64,000 nt of DNA, from positions 64,771 through 128,770 of the forward strand of contig CAVZGV010000003.1 of the NCBI GenBank assembly GCA_963774955.1, read 5' to 3'. The translations under genes were made by a program, and so were the position numbers. Each line of letters begins with the position of its first letter. Position 1 is the stretch's first letter. Positions 59,295-64,000 of this stretch are shown one piece after another. Under the pieces are notes generated by a model. That model was not told the DNA's origin and made no database searches. It saw only the letters and a list, made by a program, of their open reading frames with translations. Source of the DNA: Candidatus Falkowbacteria bacterium. Its GTDB lineage: Bacteria > Patescibacteriota > Patescibacteriia > CAIXNZ01.

Positions 59295-59582
59295 ATGGAG
59301 CGTGAAGACGGCTGGGAAGGGGACTTGATTATGGTGCTTTTAGTCGTTGGGAATGGAAATGAACGCAGAGTTCTGATTAGAACAGATCGGGGTAAGTATG
59401 AAGTGCCTTTATCTGATTTGACAGTGTCTCAGGCCAGCAGTGAATATTGTATGCCGTTATATGATCCGTTGAAAAAGATGATTCTAATCGGCTGGGAGAC
59501 GGAAACGCATGTTTCTAACGGCAAGGAGCGACGCTTGGTGGAAAAAGTAGGCCTTATTGCCTTGGCTCAGCAAGCGGCTTAA
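59295..59582 (+). CDS. hypothetical protein
   Basis: strong RBS aaaggagg before ATG; terminator hairpin after stop. Confidence 0.5.
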   Translation: MEREDGWEGDLIMVLLVVGNGNERRVLIRTDRGKYEVPLSDLTVSQASSEYCMPLYDPLKKMILIGWETETHVSNGKERRLVEKVGLIALAQQAA

Positions 59583-59605
59583 GGTTTCAGCTTAAAGGGA
59601 CAGCA

Positions 59606-60070
59606 ATGTCCCTTTTCTTTTTGAGTGGGTTTGTTATAATCAAAACAGATATGCAAAGGGTAAATCATTGTTCTCTAAAAAAGGAGGCTTACATGCAGAG
59701 AACTTTTGCAGAAATGATGATCCTGTTCTCAAATACAGATTTGTGCGAATTTTTTCAGATCCCCAATGCTAGTCAGTGGATTGGCATAATTAATCCGAGG
59801 GAAGTCCTGAGTATTCTGTCTGAGGCCGAAGACCAAAATTGGCAAACACGTTTTTGCGGTTTTGTTTCTGCGGAGGCGTACAGTGTCGATTACTCAAGTG
59901 TGGTGGAAATAGAGGCCGCACTTGACGAGTTAGATGAAATTTTTGTTTTGGTGGAAGAACAACCTGAACGGGTTAGTTCTTATCTGGCAGGCATAGATGA
60001 ACAGAAAAAAGCCAAGCTTCTCAAAGCGCTGATGTCCCAGTTGTTGCTGGAAGATTTGATTCAAGTTTGA
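59606..60070 (+). CDS. hypothetical protein (likely start M at about 59693, preceded by aaaggagg)
   Basis: ORF track. Confidence 0.45.
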   Translation: MSLFFLSGFVIIKTDMQRVNHCSLKKEAYMQRTFAEMMILFSNTDLCEFFQIPNASQWIGIINPREVLSILSEAEDQNWQTRFCGFVSAEAYSVDYSSVVEIEAALDELDEIFVLVEEQPERVSSYLAGIDEQKKAKLLKALMSQLLLEDLIQV

Positions 60071-60290
60071 ACAATAGAGGCCTTGTCGGGTAATTCTGGC
60101 AGGGCTTTTTCTTTTCGTTGATTCCTGTTAAAATAGCAGCATTGGGTAATTTCAGGTATAAATCACCAATCATCAATAATCAATAACCAAACAAATTTTA
60201 AATTCAAATATCAAATAATTTTGAGTTTTGTTATTTAGTTATTGGGTATTATTTGATGATTGAGATTTGATTATTGGTTATTAATCACCT

Positions 60291-61538
60291 ATGGATTTAT
60301 TTGATCAAAATTTAAAAGAAAGCGCGCCTTTGGCTGACCGGATGCGACCGCTTGATTTTAAGGACTTTGTTGGCCAGGAACAAATTGTAGGCGAAAAAAC
60401 CCTATTGCGCCAAGCCATTGAGGCTGATAATCTACCTTCAATTATTTTTTGGGGACCGCCCGGAACCGGCAAAACGACCTTGGCCAAAATAATAGCCCAA
60501 AAGACCTCGGCGTTTTTTGAGCCTTTTTCAGCTGTGGCTTCAGGCGTGAAAGAATTGCGGGAGGTTATAAAAGCGGCCATTGAGCGCAAGAAATTTAAAA
60601 ACCAAAAGACGATTTTATTCATTGATGAAATCCACCGCTGGAATAAATCACAGCAGGATGCGCTTTTACCGTTCGTGGAAAAGGGGATTGTAACTCTGAT
60701 TGGAGCGACCACGGAAAATCCGTCTTTTGAAGTTAATTCCGCTTTATTATCCCGTTGCCGGGTGTTTGTTTTAAACTTGCTGGACCAGGAACAATTAAAA
60801 CAAATAATAAAGAATGCACTTAGCGATAAAGACAGGGGTTTGGGTAATTTAAAAATTGACATGCCGGCAGAAGTTTCTGATTTTTTAACCCAAATGGCCA
60901 ACGGCGATGCCCGGACGGTTTTGAATGCTTTGGAGTTTGCAGCTAATTCCAGCCAGCCTGATGAAGACGGAAAAATTATTTTAGATAAAAAAATCATTGA
61001 GCAGGCTTTGCAAAAAAGTTATCTTTACGATAAGGCCGGGGAACAACATTACAATATAATTTCTGCTTTGCATAAATCCATGCGTGGTTCTGATGCCAAT
61101 GCTTCATTGTACTGGTTGGGGCGCATGGTTGAGTCAGGCGAGGATCCTTTATACATTGCGCGGCGTTTAGTCCGGTTTGCCTCCGAAGATATTGGTTTAG
61201 CTGACCCCCAGGCTTTGGTTCAGGCTGTTTCAGCCTATACTGCCTGCCATTACTTGGGTTATCCTGAATGTGATGTGATTTTAGCCCAGGCCGTTGCTTA
61301 TTTAGCCAAAGCACCGAAAAGTAATAAACTTTATACTGCCATTGGCCAGGTTAAACAGGATATTAAGAATTTACCCAATGAGCCAGTGCCTTTGCATTTG
61401 CGCAACGCGCCAACCAAATTGATGCAGGATTTAGATTATGGCAAGGGGTATAAATATACACCTAATTTTAAAGATGCCGAGGAAGCCAAGCAGGATTATC
61501 TGCCGGAAAAGTTAAAAGGGAAAAAGTATCTTGACTAA
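60291..61538 (+). CDS. rarA: replication-associated recombination protein A (RarA/MgsA AAA+ ATPase)
   Basis: FVGQEQIVG, Walker A GPPGTGKTT, Walker B ILFIDEIHR, conserved C-terminal domain. Confidence 0.85.
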   Translation: MDLFDQNLKESAPLADRMRPLDFKDFVGQEQIVGEKTLLRQAIEADNLPSIIFWGPPGTGKTTLAKIIAQKTSAFFEPFSAVASGVKELREVIKAAIERKKFKNQKTILFIDEIHRWNKSQQDALLPFVEKGIVTLIGATTENPSFEVNSALLSRCRVFVLNLLDQEQLKQIIKNALSDKDRGLGNLKIDMPAEVSDFLTQMANGDARTVLNALEFAANSSQPDEDGKIILDKKIIEQALQKSYLYDKAGEQHYNIISALHKSMRGSDANASLYWLGRMVESGEDPLYIARRLVRFASEDIGLADPQALVQAVSAYTACHYLGYPECDVILAQAVAYLAKAPKSNKLYTAIGQVKQDIKNLPNEPVPLHLRNAPTKLMQDLDYGKGYKYTPNFKDAEEAKQDYLPEKLKGKKYLD

Positions 61539-61590
61539 AATTTATTCAAATAATAAGATACCAACAAACAGCTAACAAGGAGGGTTTAAA

Positions 61591-61872
61591 ATGGCGGGAA
61601 TAGCGGTTAGGCCGAATGCTTCGGAGTACCATGAAATCACCAGCCTGTCGATTGATGACCATGGTTGGGAAGTCGTAACCAAAGAAGGTAAAAAGTTCCA
61701 TTTTGACGGCAGGCCAATTTGGGCGGAACATCTTGACAAGGCTGACACGCTCTTGGTTGATGTCAAAAGGGGCTTTGTGCTTATTCCGCCTTTACAGCCG
61801 ATTCCCCATAAGATTTATGATCCTGGGGAACGGTCAGCTGACAAGGGCCGAGAAGTGATTGAGAGTCCTTGA
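61591..61872 (+). CDS. hypothetical small protein
   Basis: RBS aaggaggg; terminator about 61888-61920. Confidence 0.45.
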   Translation: MAGIAVRPNASEYHEITSLSIDDHGWEVVTKEGKKFHFDGRPIWAEHLDKADTLLVDVKRGFVLIPPLQPIPHKIYDPGERSADKGREVIESP

Positions 61873-62013
61873 ATTTAACTTTTTTCATTTAAAGCGCACC
61901 AGCGGGTGTGCTTTTTTTTATAGTAGAAAAATTGAAAATAGAAAATATTTAGGGGATTGACAGGAGTGATTTTTATTGCTACGATTTGAAATCAATAAAG
62001 GGAGGGCAAGACA

Positions 62014-62235
62014 ATGAAAATTCGGAACTTGATCAATGGGCTTCTCGTAGGATTGAAGCGATACTATCAGGCAAGGAAGTTGCACTATCGTCTTTCACGC
62101 CTGAAAACCGAAGTGCATAATCATCCAGAGACAAGACCCAGGATACTATTTACTGGCACAGGCGGACGCATACGCGATGTGCCAGTGGGTCCTATTGAGT
62201 TTAAAGTTGAGCCGGAAAAAGATATCAAGCTTTAA
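62014..62235 (+). CDS. hypothetical small protein
   Basis: RBS aagggaggg; terminator about 62262-62295. Confidence 0.4.
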   Translation: MKIRNLINGLLVGLKRYYQARKLHYRLSRLKTEVHNHPETRPRILFTGTGGRIRDVPVGPIEFKVEPEKDIKL

Positions 62236-62403
62236 TTTGAGCGAAAACATTAATTTAAATCGCTCTGAGGTATATTACCTCGGGGCTTTTTTTTATGGCT
62301 GTTATTTGGTAAAATAAAGGTAGAATTTAAGTGTTAAAGCGTTTAAGCATTTAAGCACTAAAATTCTTAAATTCTGTAACTCTAAAACACTAACTTTAAA
62401 ATT

Positions 62404-62742
62404 ATGAAAATTCTCCTTCGTTGGCTAATTAACACGATCGCCATTATGCTCATGGCTCTTTATTTGCCGGGCATTGGCGTGTCCAGCTTTTATGCGGCTT
62501 TAATCGCAGCTTTGGTTTTGGGTATAATTAACGCTTTAATCAGACCATTGCTGGTCTTGCTGACCTTACCCATCAATTTACTAACCTTAGGTTTATTTAC
62601 ACTTTTGATCAACGCCTTTTTATTCTGGTTTACCAGTACGATTGTCAAAGGCTTTACCGTGGCTGGATTTTGGCCGGCTTTCTGGGGCGCTTTGATTATG
62701 TGTCTGGTTTCTTGGGTGACAAGTTGGTTGATTAAAAAATAA
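62404..62742 (+). CDS. four-TM membrane protein, phage-holin-4_2/YvlD-like
   Basis: 112 aa, four evenly spaced hydrophobic helices. Confidence 0.5.
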   Translation: MKILLRWLINTIAIMLMALYLPGIGVSSFYAALIAALVLGIINALIRPLLVLLTLPINLLTLGLFTLLINAFLFWFTSTIVKGFTVAGFWPAFWGALIMCLVSWVTSWLIKK

Positions 62743-62848
62743 GCACCAAATAGCAAATCGCAAGCTCCAAATAATCGACAAATAACAAATTTTTAAATTA
62801 CAAACTTGTTTGAGGTTTAATTTTTATAATTTAAAATTTATTTGATGT

Positions 62849-63433
62849 TTGTTATTTGAGTTTTGTAATTTTAAGAATACTATGTCTGACTTCGAGTTAA
62901 AAGAAAAGCTGCTACTCCACACCTGCTGCGCGCCGTGCAGCATATACGTGATTAACCAGTTATTGGATAGATTTGACCTGACTGTATATTTTTTTAATCC
63001 TAATATTTTCCCTGAAGATGAATATTTGCAGCGTTTGGCCGAAGTTAAAGAATTTTGCCGCCGCAAACGGATTGATTATATAGAGGAACACTATCAGCCT
63101 AAAGACTGGTTGGGCTTTGTTCGCGGTTATGAACAGGAGCCGGAAAAGGGGTTTCGCTGCGATTTGTGCTTTTTATTGCGTTTGAGCAAAACTGCCGAAT
63201 TTGCCCAGACAAACGGCTTTGATTGGTTCAGCACGACCCTGACCATGGGTCGGCAGAAAAACTCCTTGCAAGTTTTGAACGCAGGGCGTAAAGTAGAAGG
63301 TAAGTACCGGGTTAAATTCTGGGACCAGGATTTTAAAAAGAAATACGGGACTCAGATCGCTGATTGGTTGGCGAGTCGGTTGGGGTTGTATCGGCAGGAT
63401 TATTGCGGTTGTGTCTTCTCAAAGAAATCTTAA
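62849..63433 (+). CDS. queH: epoxyqueuosine reductase QueH (DUF208)
   Basis: LLLHTCCAPCSIYV signature, conserved Cys later; probable start M at 62882. Confidence 0.75.
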   Translation: MLFEFCNFKNTMSDFELKEKLLLHTCCAPCSIYVINQLLDRFDLTVYFFNPNIFPEDEYLQRLAEVKEFCRRKRIDYIEEHYQPKDWLGFVRGYEQEPEKGFRCDLCFLLRLSKTAEFAQTNGFDWFSTTLTMGRQKNSLQVLNAGRKVEGKYRVKFWDQDFKKKYGTQIADWLASRLGLYRQDYCGCVFSKKS

Positions 63434-63851
63434 ACACGGATTTTTAATCACTGATTACACTGATTTTCACAGATATATATGGGACTATTTATATCAAGAT
63501 ATTACTTATAAAATTAATGGAGCAGCTTTCCGATGTTATAATAAATTGAGCTATGGATACAGGGAAAAGTTTTACCACAGGGGCTTTGCCGAAGAATTAA
63601 AATTGGAATTATTAAAGTTTAAACATGAATGCCCCGTCAAATTAATTTATAATGGTAAAATTATAGGTAAATATTATATTGATTTTGTTGTTGAGGATAA
63701 AATAGCCGTAGAGATACAAATTGCCAATGATTTTTACGTGAGGGATATTAAACAATTATTTAGTTATTTAAAGGCAAAGAATTTAAAGCTGGGCTTGTTG
63801 ATTATTTTTAATAAAGATGGAGTTAAGATTAAACGTATAATTAATTCATAA
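63411..63851 (+). CDS. GxxExxY-family (PD-(D/E)xK-like) protein, bounded by inverted repeats 63448-63464 and 63849-63879
   Basis: YQDITYKINGAAFRCYNKLSYGYREKFYHRGFAEELK...VEIQIAN..LKLGLLIIFN; start codon uncertain. Confidence 0.65.
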   Translation: MSSQRNLKHGFLITDYTDFHRYIWDYLYQDITYKINGAAFRCYNKLSYGYREKFYHRGFAEELKLELLKFKHECPVKLIYNGKIIGKYYIDFVVEDKIAVEIQIANDFYVRDIKQLFSYLKAKNLKLGLLIIFNKDGVKIKRIINS

Positions 63852-63883
63852 TCTGTGTTTATCTGCGAGGATAAATCAGTGTT

Positions 63884-64000
63884 TAAGTTCACTATGAGTC
63901 CTGACAAATGGGAAGAAATAAAAGACATGGCCAAGAAGAATTTTGAGGTTTTGGAAATAGGTAAAAGTGAAAATGAGGACGTAATTACCGAGGAGTTAAT
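63884..64000 (+). CDS. hypothetical protein, 3' partial at window end
   Basis: ATG at 63884, frame open to 64000. Confidence 0.3.

Noticed and set aside
1-64000. CRISPR arrays, rRNA genes, transposase/integrase genes
   Set aside because: No regularly spaced direct repeats with unique spacers, no rRNA-like segments, and no ORF with DDE, tyrosine-recombinase or serine-recombinase signatures were seen. The repeats present are short hairpins and nuclease-fold cassettes instead.

Overview
This is a low-GC window (about 35-38% GC, my estimate) with the gene content of a small-genome bacterium. That content, plus a type IV secretion-like remnant and many envelope proteins of unknown function, looks Patescibacteria/CPR-like, but this is an inference from content only.

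Recognisable genes:
- Translation: pheS (split), pheT, glyQS, frr, rpmG, and six tRNAs (Ser-TGA, Ser-GCT, Arg, Thr-GGT, Tyr-GTA, Thr-TGT).
- DNA metabolism: recG, radA (split), mpg, holB, rarA.
- Envelope and division: mreB, murI, htpX, lemA, rseP (split), and a DsbA-like oxidoreductase.
- Metabolism: tpiA, phosphohexomutase, an AlaA-like aminotransferase, a dodecin, an M16 peptidase, queH.
- A four-gene glycosyltransferase cluster that includes a cellulose-synthase-like QxxRW enzyme.
- A degraded VirB3/VirB4 (type IV secretion-like) module next to comF.

Other observations:
- Several families of short GC-rich hairpin repeats. Some are inserted in frame into mpg and glyQS (and possibly recG). 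Some sit between a tRNA 3' end and a 17-nt duplicate of that end.
- Two inverted paralogous copies of a DUF559 nuclease gene, each with a conserved three-hairpin 3' tail. One copy separates pheS from pheT. A GxxExxY nuclease-fold gene is bounded by inverted repeats, and there is a solo repeat-only copy elsewhere.
- Twelve or more frameshifts clustered in five genes (virB4, radA, rseP, pheS and a DUF4012-like gene), while more than 40 kb of other coding sequence is intact.
- Two promoter/terminator-delimited GC-rich candidate ncRNAs, of about 440 nt and about 260 nt.
- A locus pairing a roughly 60-cysteine pilin-like surface protein with a dedicated DsbA.
- A compositionally foreign island (about 50% GC) encoding an OMP-like beta-barrel.

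No CRISPR array and no rRNA are present.
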